Origin: an uncultured Clostridia bacterium
Lineage (GTDB): Bacteria; Bacillota; Clostridia; Christensenellales; UBA3700
Direction: 5' to 3'
DNA length: 64,000 nt
NCBI GenBank assembly: GCA_947246685.1
Contig: CAMXSN010000004.1
Coordinates: 11,117 to 75,116 of the forward strand
Shown: positions 21,235-31,163 of the stretch, piece by piece
Layout: every line of letters begins with the position of its first letter
Numbering within the stretch: the stretch's first letter is position 1
Made by a program: the position numbers and the translations under genes
The notes under the pieces: model-generated
What the model was told of the DNA's origin: nothing
Seen by the model: only the letters and a program-made list of their open reading frames with translations
The model's database searches: none

Positions 21235-22893
21235 TCATCCTGCCACGTTGTTGCCAAATCGCTTGATTTTTTTGGTTGTGGTCTTTTCGAGCGTCTTATC
21301 AAGAATTTCTAGTATATTAATTCTCTTATAAGACGGCATTTTTTGATTGATATCTTTAACTATTTTGTTGATAGCCGCAAGTATTTCGCTCGGGCTGGGA
21401 ACGCGTCCGAGCATTTTTTTAAGAAATTCCACGTTGGGAAATATTTTTGCTTTGACTTCAACTTTCCCTCTCTCCTCGGATGCAAGAACCAATACATCTT
21501 CCACCTCGGGATATACGGAGAGCTTAGCTTCGAGTTCTTCGGGGTAGATATTCTTTCCGTTTTCCGTGACGATAACGTTTTTGCTTCTGCCCGTAATATA
21601 TAGCGCTCCGTCGGCATCCATCCTACCCAAATCGCCCGTGTGGAACCATCCGCCGTCAAATACTCTGTCGGTACCCTCTTTGTCTTTGAAATAGCCAAGC
21701 ATTACGTTTTCTCCGCGGGCAAACACCTCGCCCACTCCCTCGTAATTGGGACTGTCGATTTTCAATTCGACGCCAGGAATAGCTATGCCCGTAGATTTGG
21801 GATTGAAATAAAAATCGCTATTGCCTGCCAAAAGCGGCGAACATTCGGTAAGTCCGTATCCCTGCAAAGCTCTTATGTTGAGAGAAGAAAAATCTTCTAC
21901 TATAGACGAATCCAAATCCGCGGCGCCGACGATAAAGAGGCGCAATTTTCCTCCCAAATTATTTTTAACCTTAGAGCATATTATATTTTTCACAAGCGAT
22001 GGCAACGACTTCATCGCCATAGCAAATGGCATTGTTTCAAAACGATTTTTGTATGCCTGAGGACACTTCTCTTTGACCGAAGAAGTAACCTTCCTGTCCA
22101 AAACCTTTAGCAGCGCAGGCACTACCACAAGCACGGTCGGAGAATACTCGACTATGTTTTTTGCAACTTTCATTATGCTGTCCGCATAAGTTATGCATGC
22201 GCCTCTCGACAGCATAAGAATACAGTTGAGCGTACATTCGTACGTGTGATGCAACGGAAGAATAGAGAGCGTCCTGTCGCTCTTTTTTATCTTGACAATG
22301 CTCACGGTCGATCGTATGTTAGCTAGGATATTCGTCTGCGAAAGACACACGCCTTTGGCGCTTCCCGTCGTGCCGGAAGTGAATATGAGTATCTTCATCT
22401 CATCTTTGCCGATATTTATAGCATCAATCTCGGATTTTTTGTCGGCATCGCCTGCGGAATATACTGTATCTATCTCGTCAAAAGACATAAACTTTTTGCA
22501 TTTGACAGATGCTTCTGATAATCCCTTTATATATTTTGCTTGGGCGCATACAGCCGCGCAATCCGCATAATCGACAAAATTGGCCATATCTTCCACGCTC
22601 AGTTCTTTATCCAACGGAACGACAATTCCCACGGTCGCCGCCGCAAGATAGGACAGCGCCCATTCATAAGAATTTTTGCCTACTACGGCAATATATTTAT
22701 CTTTTAATCCCATGGAAATAAACGAGGAACACAGCGCATAATAGCGGCTGCGCAATTCGCCGTAAGATATTTTTCTGTAAGAAGTATTCGTTTCTCTGAC
22801 AAGAAAAGCCGTTCTGTTTCGGAATTTCTTTGCGGAAGTGTTGATAAGCGCTCTGAAATCGCTTATCATAGTCTCTTTATAGCAAGTCTTCAT
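21235..22893 (-). CDS. AMP-dependent acyl-CoA synthetase/ligase (long-chain fatty-acid CoA ligase-like)
   Basis: 552 aa. AMP-binding motif IFTSGTTGSAKGV, GYGLTE, TGDLGRMDADG. Confidence 0.85.
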   Translation of the reverse strand: MKTCYKETMISDFRALINTSAKKFRNRTAFLVRETNTSYRKISYGELRSRYYALCSSFISMGLKDKYIAVVGKNSYEWALSYLAAATVGIVVPLDKELSVEDMANFVDYADCAAVCAQAKYIKGLSEASVKCKKFMSFDEIDTVYSAGDADKKSEIDAINIGKDEMKILIFTSGTTGSAKGVCLSQTNILANIRSTVSIVKIKKSDRTLSILPLHHTYECTLNCILMLSRGACITYADSIMKVAKNIVEYSPTVLVVVPALLKVLDRKVTSSVKEKCPQAYKNRFETMPFAMAMKSLPSLVKNIICSKVKNNLGGKLRLFIVGAADLDSSIVEDFSSLNIRALQGYGLTECSPLLAGNSDFYFNPKSTGIAIPGVELKIDSPNYEGVGEVFARGENVMLGYFKDKEGTDRVFDGGWFHTGDLGRMDADGALYITGRSKNVIVTENGKNIYPEELEAKLSVYPEVEDVLVLASEERGKVEVKAKIFPNVEFLKKMLGRVPSPSEILAAINKIVKDINQKMPSYKRINILEILDKTLEKTTTKKIKRFGNNVAG

Positions 22894-23110
22894 AATTAAT
22901 CCTTATATACAAAATCGGCGCTCAATAATGCGCAACCGCTCTTGACAAAATTATTATTTAGATGTTAATATTATATCAACAGAGTGTCGGAAAGTCAACA
23001 AACAGTATTTTACGCAATGTATTGTTGAAGTATATTTTCAACCGATGTTGATGCTAAACCGACAAATTACGCGACGGTGTCGTGTAAATTTATTATAAAC
23101 GGAGTGTAAG

Positions 23111-23686
23111 ATGAAAGAAACAAGACGCGTTAGAATGACAAAACAGATGATCAAAGACGCTTATCTGGAACTTGTCAAAAAACACCCAAACAAGAGACTT
23201 TCAGTGACTGATATCTGCAAAGTCGCCGACGTCAACAGGTCGACGTTCTATATGCATTACGAAGACGTCAACCAACTTCTTTCGGAAATCGAATCGGATA
23301 TTCTCGACAGAATTCCCAATCCCGTCGATATGCCCGACCTATCGTCTTACAACGACAGATTTCTCGGTCTTTTGGAAGACTGTTTTAATTATATTCGCGA
23401 GAACAAAAAACTATTCAGCATTTTGAGTACCAAACTCGACAACGGCAGTTTCAACAAACGTCTTATCGATACCGTATTGAAAAATTACCGTCAGCAAAAC
23501 CTGCTGTCCGGCACGCCTTTTGACAAATATATCTATATCTACTGTATCAACGGCGTCATGGGATTGCTTAGAGAATGGCTCGACGAAGATTTCCCCATAA
23601 ACGCAAGACAAATGGCGGAAATTGCGTATAAAATGTCTATTCAGGCTACTACGGAACTTGTCGACGCGGAGATTCCGCAACAATAA
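23111..23686 (+). CDS. TetR-family transcriptional regulator
   Basis: 191 aa. N-terminal HTH LSVTDICKVADVNRSTFYMHY. Divergent from the acyl-CoA synthetase gene. Confidence 0.8.
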   Translation: MKETRRVRMTKQMIKDAYLELVKKHPNKRLSVTDICKVADVNRSTFYMHYEDVNQLLSEIESDILDRIPNPVDMPDLSSYNDRFLGLLEDCFNYIRENKKLFSILSTKLDNGSFNKRLIDTVLKNYRQQNLLSGTPFDKYIYIYCINGVMGLLREWLDEDFPINARQMAEIAYKMSIQATTELVDAEIPQQ

Positions 23687-23723
23687 AAACAGCCGTCAGC
23701 TCTCATTGAGTCTGCGGCCGTCT

Positions 23724-23801
23724 TTGGTACCGGTGATCGGAGTTGAACCAATGACCTGTCGGGTATGAACCGACCGCTCTAACCAACTAAGCTACACCGG
23801 C
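23724..23801 (-). tRNA. tRNA-Met (anticodon CAU), elongator type; could alternatively be a lysidine-modified tRNA-Ile2
   Basis: Minus strand GCCGGTGTAGCTTAGTTGGTTAGAGCGGTCGGTTCATACCCCGACAGGTCATTGGTTCAACTCCGATCACCGGTACCA. It forms a cloverleaf with an encoded CCA. One extra C sits in the anticodon arm (see findings). Confidence 0.75.
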
Positions 23802-23811
23802 TAAAAAATAA

Positions 23812-23886
<75 letters not shown>

Positions 23887-24002
23887 ATATTTTGTGAACG
23901 CTTTACAATGATAATGTAAAAAAACTTTTTTGTCAAGAGTTTTTGAATGTTTTCGCTAAAATTTTATCTACGGTGAATTATATGGCTGACTAATCGGCGT
24001 TA

Positions 24003-24869
24003 TTACGGCTTGATCAAACATTTTTTATATTTCAAATAACCTTCTTGATTGTCGCTCTCTCGCACCACGGTAACATCTCTGTTTAACATGCGCATCAATG
24101 CAGAAAGCAATCTGCCGCCGCCGACAATCAAATGTCTCCTCTTGGGTTCCAACCCGTTGATATTCAACCTGTCTTGCATATTGGTGTCATAGATCATTTT
24201 TGTAATTTGCTCTACGTCGCTCAACGACAACTTATAATTATCCACAAGCTCAGGTTGATAAACTTTCATATCCTCTTTAATCGCTACAAATGTTGACGCC
24301 GTGCCGCCTATCGAAAGCAAGGTGTCGAACTGCGGTAATTTCCCGTATCCTTTGATTGCGTCGCCTATATATTCGTCGATTTTTTTCAAATCTTCCCCGC
24401 AAGCGTCGTGTATTCGCACAAGTCCTATGGGCAGACTCTTTGCATAATCAAGTCCTTTTGCGTCGCCTACCGCAAGTTCCGTGCTTGCTCCTCCGATATC
24501 CATTACGCAACATACACCGTCGGTATACGCTCCTGCAAATCCTAGTTTTGCCTCTTCCTCGCTCGGCACCACGTCTACGTTTATACCGCGTATTTTCAAC
24601 ATATTCAAGAACTCTTCTCTATTGTCGGCGCTTCGCACCGCCTCCGTAGCAAATACGTAAATCTCGCGACAGCCTTCCCTATTAGCTTCCCGATAAAAAT
24701 CCTCAACGGCGTCTGCGCTCGTCATCATACTGTCAAGCTGCAACCTGCCAGTAGCGGCAAGCCCTTTTCCAAGACCCGTGGTATTGATTTTTTTATAAAC
24801 TCTTTGCAATTCTTCGCTGATCAGCAGCCTTACGGAATTCGAGCCTATGTCTATCACCGCATATCTCAT
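24003..24869 (-). CDS. Ppx/GppA-family phosphatase (exopolyphosphatase-like)
   Basis: Start moved to ATG 24869 (MRYAVIDIGSNSVRLLI...). ASKHA-fold phosphate motifs DIGSNS and MDIGGASTE. Confidence 0.8.
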   Translation of the reverse strand: MRYAVIDIGSNSVRLLISEELQRVYKKINTTGLGKGLAATGRLQLDSMMTSADAVEDFYREANREGCREIYVFATEAVRSADNREEFLNMLKIRGINVDVVPSEEEAKLGFAGAYTDGVCCVMDIGGASTELAVGDAKGLDYAKSLPIGLVRIHDACGEDLKKIDEYIGDAIKGYGKLPQFDTLLSIGGTASTFVAIKEDMKVYQPELVDNYKLSLSDVEQITKMIYDTNMQDRLNINGLEPKRRHLIVGGGRLLSALMRMLNRDVTVVRESDNQEGYLKYKKCLIKP

Positions 24870-25001
24870 AATAGCTATTATAATAAATAAAATAGCCACG
24901 CGCAACAAATTGCGCATTTTTGCATAAATTTAATTTAATTCCGATAAATCAGTTGACATTAATCGATATTTATATTATATTTAACTAGCAAATTTGAATA
25001 T

Positions 25002-25076
25002 GGCTCCATGGTCAAGCGGTCAAGACATCGCCCTTTCACGGCGGTAACTCGGGTTCGATTCCCGATGGAGTCACCA
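25002..25076 (+). tRNA. tRNA-Glu (UUC)
   Basis: GGCTCCATGGTCAAGCGGTCAAGACATCGCCCTTTCACGGCGGTAACTCGGGTTCGATTCCCGATGGAGTCACCA. Very close to the Bacillus-type tRNA-Glu. CCA is encoded. Confidence 0.9.
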
Positions 25077-25187
25077 GACGAGGGGTATACGAACACCCCG
25101 AGAGAGAAGTCGATATATCGGCTTCTTTTTCTTTTGCGCTTGTCAAACAGACCGTCGATAATGCGCGGCATATCTTCGACAATTTTG

Positions 25188-25216
25188 TTGACATCTATCT
25201 ATAAATTTTATATAAT
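25188..25216 (+). promoter_or_regulatory. Sigma-70-type promoter, TTGACA-17 bp-TATAAT
   Basis: Exact consensus hexamers at 25188-25193 and 25211-25216. A leader of about 110 nt precedes pnuC. Confidence 0.6.
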
Positions 25217-25334
25217 AAAAAAGCTTAAATAGGTTCGCAAGCGCTACCGAGTGCTTGCAAATGCAACGGCATTTTACTTATATCGTCAGGTCTTAGAAGA
25301 TATAAGCAAAGTGCTATTTTTTTTTGGAGGCACA

Positions 25335-26036
25335 ATGAAAAAGTTTCTAAAAAGTATTACTCTCGTTGAATGGTTGATTTGGAGTATAAGCGTAATATCG
25401 ATTATTGTGTTTTTCTTTGTTTTCAAAAACACGCAATATCTTTATTTAGTCGACTCGTTAATCGGCGCAACCGCTTTGATATTTGTTTCAAAAGGCAATC
25501 CTATCGGTCAATTTTTAACAATAATATTCAGCATATTTTACGGTATAATTTCGCACTCATTTAATTACTATGGCGAAATGATAACCTATTTGGGAATGAG
25601 TGCGCCTATTGCTCTATGGGCTTTAATCTCGTGGCTAAAAAACCCGTATAAAGGGAACAAAAGCCAAGTAAAAGTCAATTCGCTATCAAAAAAAGAATGG
25701 TGCCTATTTTTAACTGCGGCAGTCGTAATAACAGTATCGTTCTACTTTGTGCTGCAAGCATTAAAGAATGCTAATTTGGTTATAAGCACCGTTTCCGTGC
25801 TTACCTCTTTTTTGGCGGCATATTTAACGGCAAGGCGAAGCCGTTTTTATGCAATAGGTTACGGCGCAAACGATATAGTTTTGATAATAATGTGGAGTAT
25901 GGCAAGTTACGAAAATATTACATATTTACCTATGGTGATTTGTTTCGTTGCTTTCTTTGTTACGGATACTTACGGCTTTATAAATTGGAGTATTATGAAC
26001 AAAAAACAAAAAGCGGGAGAGATAAAAAATGTTTAG
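25335..26036 (+). CDS. pnuC: PnuC-family nicotinamide riboside (or related vitamin) transporter
   Basis: Start at ATG 25335 behind GGAGG (25326-25330). 233 aa, about 7 TM. Segments such as SKGNPIGQF...YGEMITYL...WLKNPYKGN match my recollection of the NMN_transporter family. Confidence 0.7.
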   Translation: MKKFLKSITLVEWLIWSISVISIIVFFFVFKNTQYLYLVDSLIGATALIFVSKGNPIGQFLTIIFSIFYGIISHSFNYYGEMITYLGMSAPIALWALISWLKNPYKGNKSQVKVNSLSKKEWCLFLTAAVVITVSFYFVLQALKNANLVISTVSVLTSFLAAYLTARRSRFYAIGYGANDIVLIIMWSMASYENITYLPMVICFVAFFVTDTYGFINWSIMNKKQKAGEIKNV

Positions 26037-26505
26037 AAAAATGAGAAGATTTAAGCAAGAATTAAATCAAAATGAAATTGAACGAATTTTACAATTTAAC
26101 ACCTCTGGCGTTTTGGCACTAATCGATAATAACGGCTATCCGTATTCCGTGCCTTTAAGTTACGTTTATTCAAAAAATAAAATATATTTTCATAGCGCAA
26201 AAGCCGGTAATAAAATCGACGCGATAAAAAACTGTAAAAAAGCAACATTTTGTGTCGTTGATAAAGATAATGTGCAAACCGAAAAATACACTACTTTTTA
26301 TAAAAGCGTGATAGCATTCGGTAACGTTGAAATCGTTGACAATAAGGATGAAGCCCTATCAGCAATTAACGGATTAGGCGAAAAATATTATCCTAATCAT
26401 AGTAACGAATTACAAAATGAAATCGAAAGGTTCAAAACGGCGTTTTTAATAATAAGATTTGATATAGAACATATAACAGGCAAGCAAGCTATTGAATTAT
26501 TGTAA
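26029..26505 (+). CDS. Pyridoxamine 5'-phosphate oxidase-family (FMN-binding split-barrel, NimA-like) protein
   Basis: 158 aa. MRRFKQELNQNEIERIL...GVLALIDNNGYPYSVPLSYVY...IYFHSA pattern is typical of this family. Overlaps the pnuC stop by 8 nt. Confidence 0.7.
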   Translation: MFRKMRRFKQELNQNEIERILQFNTSGVLALIDNNGYPYSVPLSYVYSKNKIYFHSAKAGNKIDAIKNCKKATFCVVDKDNVQTEKYTTFYKSVIAFGNVEIVDNKDEALSAINGLGEKYYPNHSNELQNEIERFKTAFLIIRFDIEHITGKQAIELL

Positions 26506-26669
26506 ATACTTTCGGATTATTATTAAATAAAGATCTTTAATTTACGTTTTTCCGCTAAGTTACGTTTGTGACATTAGTCCATAAACAATAAACATTTATG
26601 AGGTAGTTGCATCAATATTATAAATTGACGGATATAAGTATCCGTCAATTTATAATATCAACTACAGTA

Positions 26670-27959
26670 TTAATTTGCAATATAATCCCACACTACCGGG
26701 CTAGTGCCGTTCCACGTTTTATCCCAATCGTTCGAGGGGACGGACAGTTGGCAATAAATCGTAAGTTTAGGACAATTGACAAAAGCCAGCGAGCCTATTT
26801 TAGTGACTCCGACCGGTATTATTACGCGCGTCAATTGGACGCAAGAAGCAAATGCTCCCTGATCTATATCGGTAATTCCAAGCGGAATATTGATATCGTT
26901 CAAACTGCTGCAGCCCGCAAAAGCAAACATGCCGATTTTCGTCAAACCGGTACTGAGCTCTACTCTTTGCAAATTTTTGCAATTTTTGAATACGCCGTCG
27001 CAGAGGATCTGCACTCCCGACGGAATAGCTATCTCTGTCAAATTGACGCAGTTTTCGAACGCATAAAACCCGATATACGTCACTCCCGACGGAATTTGCA
27101 CTTCGGTCAAATCCCTGCACCCCTTAAATGCGCCCGAACCGATGCTTTTCACATAATCGGGAATTACGCTGTTGTTGCAGCCTAAAATCAATTTGTCGGT
27201 TTGTTTTTCGATCAAGCAATTGCCCTGGCTCTTAAATACGGCATTATCGGCTTCGACCTCAATGCTTTGGAGATCGACGCAATTATAAAAAGCATACCAA
27301 TCTACTTCGGTAATTTCTTTGGGGATTGTCAATGCCGTAACCAACTGGTTATTGAGATACAATTTGCGAGCATATTCAAGCGGATTGGCATCGCTCACTC
27401 CAAAATCGATTTTTAACCAACTAGTCATATCAAAAATGTATACGCCCTTCAATCCGTCGCACCCGTCAAAAGCAAACGAACGGATTTCCTTAATACCGGA
27501 AGGAATAGTTATACTGATCATTTCCTCGCAATCTTTGAAGGCTTTGCTGCCGATACAGGTAACAGCTTTACCCTCGTACGTTGCCGGCACAGTAACGTTG
27601 GCTATGCGATTATTCTCTGCCAAACCTTTGAGCGTATACGACTCATTGTCGGGATTAAGTTCGAAAACAAAACCGTTATAATTTATCTGTTTACATACTT
27701 TGCATTTGCCGTCGCCGTCAAAATCGTGTTCGGCTTTGTCATTGATGACTTCGTGTTCGCACGCTGCCGCATGCCAATGGAAGCGGTTATCCGACGACCA
27801 TTCGCTCTCGAAAGAATGCTCATGATTCTGCACGGTCGAATCGGATTTATTACCGTCGCCGCTTTGAGTATTACCCGCAGAATTATCGCAACCTGCCGCC
27901 AACAAAACTATGCTTATAAATGTAATTACCGTTAATAATACGAATATCTTTTTATTCAC
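26670..27959 (-). CDS. Leucine-rich-repeat (BspA-type) surface lipoprotein
   Basis: 429 aa with a GTG start. Signal peptide plus lipobox LLAAGC. Repeated units of the form IPxGVxxIGxxAFxxCxxLxxI. Confidence 0.8.
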   Translation of the reverse strand: MNKKIFVLLTVITFISIVLLAAGCDNSAGNTQSGDGNKSDSTVQNHEHSFESEWSSDNRFHWHAAACEHEVINDKAEHDFDGDGKCKVCKQINYNGFVFELNPDNESYTLKGLAENNRIANVTVPATYEGKAVTCIGSKAFKDCEEMISITIPSGIKEIRSFAFDGCDGLKGVYIFDMTSWLKIDFGVSDANPLEYARKLYLNNQLVTALTIPKEITEVDWYAFYNCVDLQSIEVEADNAVFKSQGNCLIEKQTDKLILGCNNSVIPDYVKSIGSGAFKGCRDLTEVQIPSGVTYIGFYAFENCVNLTEIAIPSGVQILCDGVFKNCKNLQRVELSTGLTKIGMFAFAGCSSLNDINIPLGITDIDQGAFASCVQLTRVIIPVGVTKIGSLAFVNCPKLTIYCQLSVPSNDWDKTWNGTSPVVWDYIAN

Positions 27960-28170
27960 CCTTCGTCCCTCCGATTTTTTACAAAGTAATTCTTGCGCAA
28001 ATAAAAATAAGATAAATATTATAGCTTGGAAAACTCTTATGCTCGCCGATAATGAGTTTTCCTATACAATATTATAGCGTTTGTCAATTAAATGTGCAAG
28101 CGCTTTTATTAAAGATATAAATTGATAGCGTAATTTATGATTTTATTAAGATTATTATAGATATAAAAGA

Positions 28171-29484
28171 TTATCTCTTTGCCGTGAACAGCATAAACCC
28201 GAGCGTAAAGAAAAACTCTTCGCTGAGAAATTCGCTTTCAAGACGCTCGTAATTATCCTCAAACCATTCGGCTGCTTTTACATAATTATCGTCGTCTGGA
28301 TATTTTTTTGACAGAATACGCATATCTTCGCGAATAAAAGAAAAATATACGTCGAATAGCGCTTCTCTTTCGTCAAATGACATTCCTGCGGTGGAAATCA
28401 GCGCGTTGCGCATTTTCACATCGGCAAAACCACACTTCCTGAGCATAGTATAAATTTCTCTTCCGCTTTTGCGATAGCCGGAGAATTCGCTGAAATTGCA
28501 AATTTGGATTGCTTTGGCAAATAATCCGTCCTTATCGGGATATGCAAGATTAAGCCCATCGTCTATGTCTTTTATGATAAACACGCCGTCTGGGACGAGA
28601 AATTTTCTCAATACCCTAAGCAACGCATAAGGCTTTTTCAAATGCAAAATGAGCATCGAAAGGTTGACGACGTCAAACTTTTCTATCCTCTCTTCTCTGC
28701 AAATTTCATCAAGAGTTTTTTCAAAATCATGTGTCTCAACATCAGCCTGATAAAATCTAAAAACGTCAGAGCCATAATTTTGCGTCGCTTGCTCAACGGA
28801 TTTGCCGTCGCAATCGATGCCTACGACTTTGCGAATATTGCCCAAAGGCGCGAATCTGCTATATAGATTATCCCCGCAATTACAGCCCAGATCCAATGCG
28901 TATACATCTTTGCGAGAATTAACGACGTCTTCATATAACTCGCCGTCGAAATCTCTCAAAATTCTCTCCTGCGCTTGCAAACGTCTCAATTCTTTGGTAT
29001 TGTCCGCCGTAAAAAATTTATTTTCGGACCGTTGAGCGCTTACGGAGGGCGCTATATCTTCTCTGCCGAGAATTTTCTTGACTCTGGACTTCAAATTCTC
29101 TATTGAATTATAGAGAGGGCTGTTAGTCGCGTCTATCCAATGCATACGCTTGATATAATATTCCATAGCTCTAGAAAACTGATCGTTGGAAATCTTGAAC
29201 GGCATGATAGTTATACTTTGATTTTGTTCGATATTACGTTTATACGCCATCTCGACTTCGTTGAGAACGTGCGCTGAATTGGACGATTCGCCGTTGAGAA
29301 CAAGTACGAATACGGAAGTATTTTCTATCGCCTCTACTATACTCGTAGCATAATCGCCGATAACGTCGCGCGGCGCATACCAACATCTTATTCTATCCTG
29401 CTCAAAAGCAGCCACTATCGAATCCGCTATAGCCTTCGACCCATGTTCGTAACTGACGAATACGTCGTTTTTCATATCATCCAC
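28171..29484 (-). CDS. TIR-domain protein fused to a class I SAM-dependent methyltransferase
   Basis: 437 aa. N-terminal TIR (DVFVSYEHGSKAIADSI...RCWYAPRDV...VFVLVLNGESSNSAHVLNEVEMAY). C-terminal MTase motif I (VYALDLGCNCGDN) and post-I/II (VVGIDCD..., FDVVNLSMLILHL). Confidence 0.8.
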   Translation of the reverse strand: MDDMKNDVFVSYEHGSKAIADSIVAAFEQDRIRCWYAPRDVIGDYATSIVEAIENTSVFVLVLNGESSNSAHVLNEVEMAYKRNIEQNQSITIMPFKISNDQFSRAMEYYIKRMHWIDATNSPLYNSIENLKSRVKKILGREDIAPSVSAQRSENKFFTADNTKELRRLQAQERILRDFDGELYEDVVNSRKDVYALDLGCNCGDNLYSRFAPLGNIRKVVGIDCDGKSVEQATQNYGSDVFRFYQADVETHDFEKTLDEICREERIEKFDVVNLSMLILHLKKPYALLRVLRKFLVPDGVFIIKDIDDGLNLAYPDKDGLFAKAIQICNFSEFSGYRKSGREIYTMLRKCGFADVKMRNALISTAGMSFDEREALFDVYFSFIREDMRILSKKYPDDDNYVKAAEWFEDNYERLESEFLSEEFFFTLGFMLFTAKR

Positions 29485-29622
29485 CGCCTAAATTGATTTT
29501 ATATTATTATACCATACGACAATAATCGTCAGCAAGTATTTTACTGTAAACAGCGCTAATCGACAGGCGGAAAAATCTACGCCGACTGATAAGAACAATT
29601 ACGTCAAGAAATTGCCAATTTA

Positions 29623-29651
29623 TTGACACTGACATTGAAATAGGCTATAAT
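29623..29651 (+). promoter_or_regulatory. Sigma-70-type promoter, TTGACA-17 bp-TATAAT, for the TIR-led operon
   Basis: Exact consensus hexamers at 29623-29628 and 29646-29651. The -10 box abuts the ORF-track ATG 29652, so the real start codon must lie downstream. Confidence 0.6.
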
Positions 29652-29681
29652 ATGATTAAAAGTGTCGAAAGGAAAAGGATT

Positions 29682-30881
29682 ATGTGCGAAATTGTCAAAC
29701 CTAAATGTTATGACGATAGGGAAACTTATCGAGAGTTCGATAAATACATGTTTATCAGTTACGCTCATCTCGATCAAGATCAAGTATACGCAACTCTTAA
29801 TTTACTATACGATAAGTGCCTAAATTTTTGGTATGACAAAAAGCTGAACGCCGGCGACGCTTGGGATGAAAAAGTGAGAGACGTAATCGTAAACGAAAAT
29901 TGCAAAGGGATTATACTCTTCATGAGCAAAAACAGCGTAAAAAGCGCGGCCGTGGAAAAAGAGCTTTGCATATACGATCAAATAGTCAAAGAGCGCGGTC
30001 GAGACAATTTCAAACTGATTACTGTGTCGTTAAACTCGATGAACGCAAACGGAGCCGTAAGAGACGCTTATGTTTCTCTCTCCTCTTTGAAAAATTCCGA
30101 ACTCGATATACATCTTCCGCCTGAGCGCGCGATAAATTTCTTGCAAAAAGTTACAAACACCGCGATATACGTAAGCAAGACAGACGCAAATTATGCAGAT
30201 AAAATCATAGATTCTCTCAAAAATTTCGACAGCGAACTGTTCTGCAGCGACGACGTGGCTCTGTCAAAACTGGACAAGCTACCTATAACAGATAAGGAAA
30301 ACGGCAAAACGATACTTTCTTTTGGCAGTTATCCGCAAGAAAAACGAACCGACGTCAAACCGTATTTGCAAAACGGCGAAATAAAAATAAAAAATAAATT
30401 ATATTCGGTAAAAAACGCCATAGCATTCGAACATACGCCTATACAGTGGATCGTCACGGAAAACGATAACCAAGCCGTCACCGCAATATCAAAATTTGCG
30501 CTCGACCGTACCAAACGAGCAGACGCGGACGATTTTATAAACGCCTTCTGTGAAAAGGCATTCGACGAAGAAATAAGAAGCAGCGTAATTTCCATAGAAT
30601 TATGTTCTTTGCAAGACTTGGAAAAATATGCGGAACTGCTCTGCCCGGATGAAGAAACGCCGTATTGCAAATCATACGGCAAAACTGGATTTTCCACCTT
30701 GCTATGGTTAATTGACGGCAACGGAGAAAAAGTATGTTATAGCTCAAACGGCGGAAAGTATACGCAGAAAGCGCTGCCATACGGTTCCGACAGCTTGTCC
30801 TGCGCGCGCCTTAAAATAAAAATTAATATAAACGAATTGATAAGTAAAAATATGACAGGAGAAAAATATGGAACAGATTAA
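29682..30881 (+). CDS. TIR-domain protein with C-terminal DUF6273-like domain
   Basis: Start moved to ATG 29682 (MCEIVKP...). TIR segment YMFISYAHLDQDQVY...NFWYDKKLNAGDAWDEKV...ILFMSKNSVKSAAVEKEL. C-terminal FGSYPQ...PIQWIV motif. Confidence 0.8.
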   Translation: MCEIVKPKCYDDRETYREFDKYMFISYAHLDQDQVYATLNLLYDKCLNFWYDKKLNAGDAWDEKVRDVIVNENCKGIILFMSKNSVKSAAVEKELCIYDQIVKERGRDNFKLITVSLNSMNANGAVRDAYVSLSSLKNSELDIHLPPERAINFLQKVTNTAIYVSKTDANYADKIIDSLKNFDSELFCSDDVALSKLDKLPITDKENGKTILSFGSYPQEKRTDVKPYLQNGEIKIKNKLYSVKNAIAFEHTPIQWIVTENDNQAVTAISKFALDRTKRADADDFINAFCEKAFDEEIRSSVISIELCSLQDLEKYAELLCPDEETPYCKSYGKTGFSTLLWLIDGNGEKVCYSSNGGKYTQKALPYGSDSLSCARLKIKININELISKNMTGEKYGTD

Positions 30882-30948
30882 TAATTACGCCAACGTCACT
30901 GAAGACGTTGTCAACACCAAAAACGCTACCCCCCCCCCCAGAATATAA
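30868..30948 (+). other. Translationally coupled start segment (26 codons) of the next gene, cut off from the main frame by the C11 tract
   Basis: GGAG at 30857-30860, then ATG 30868, which overlaps the TIR gene stop by 14 nt. It reads MEQINNYANVTEDVVNTKNATPPPRI-stop. The frame of 31164..33080 is open from 30903 but has no ATG/GTG/TTG before 31164. Confidence 0.6.
30929..30939 (+). repeat. Homopolymeric C11 tract
   Basis: Counted directly: C at 30929-30939. A length of 12 or 9 C would fuse ATG 30868 to the 31164..33080 frame. Confidence 0.95.
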
Positions 30949-31163
30949 TTGAGAGTGATGACGCCCTTGATTTAGACGATATTTTAGAAAAATCATTTTC
31001 TTCATCGGAAGAAAATAATTTAGTTTTCAACAGATACAAAGACAAAAAAGAAATCGCTCAAAACATAGCGAACGTTTTTTTCAAATATAAATACCGCAAC
31101 GGCGGTTTTTTCAACAATGATTTAGAAAAGTCCCAAATAGGACTGATTACACAGTGTCTCGGT

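Noticed and set aside
24959-25232. Two ~70-aa ORFs on opposite strands.
   Set aside because: Both overlap the tRNA-Glu gene and its flanks, and are therefore spurious.
26607-27185. 192-aa plus-strand ORF.
   Set aside because: It is antisense to the LRR lipoprotein gene, whose repeat structure and lipobox are convincing.
28171-30881. Calling the two TIR genes a Thoeris system.
   Set aside because: No ThsA-type partner (SIR2 or Macro/TM plus SLOG) is present anywhere nearby. Both TIR proteins also have non-ThsB architectures (a methyltransferase fusion and a DUF6273-like tail).
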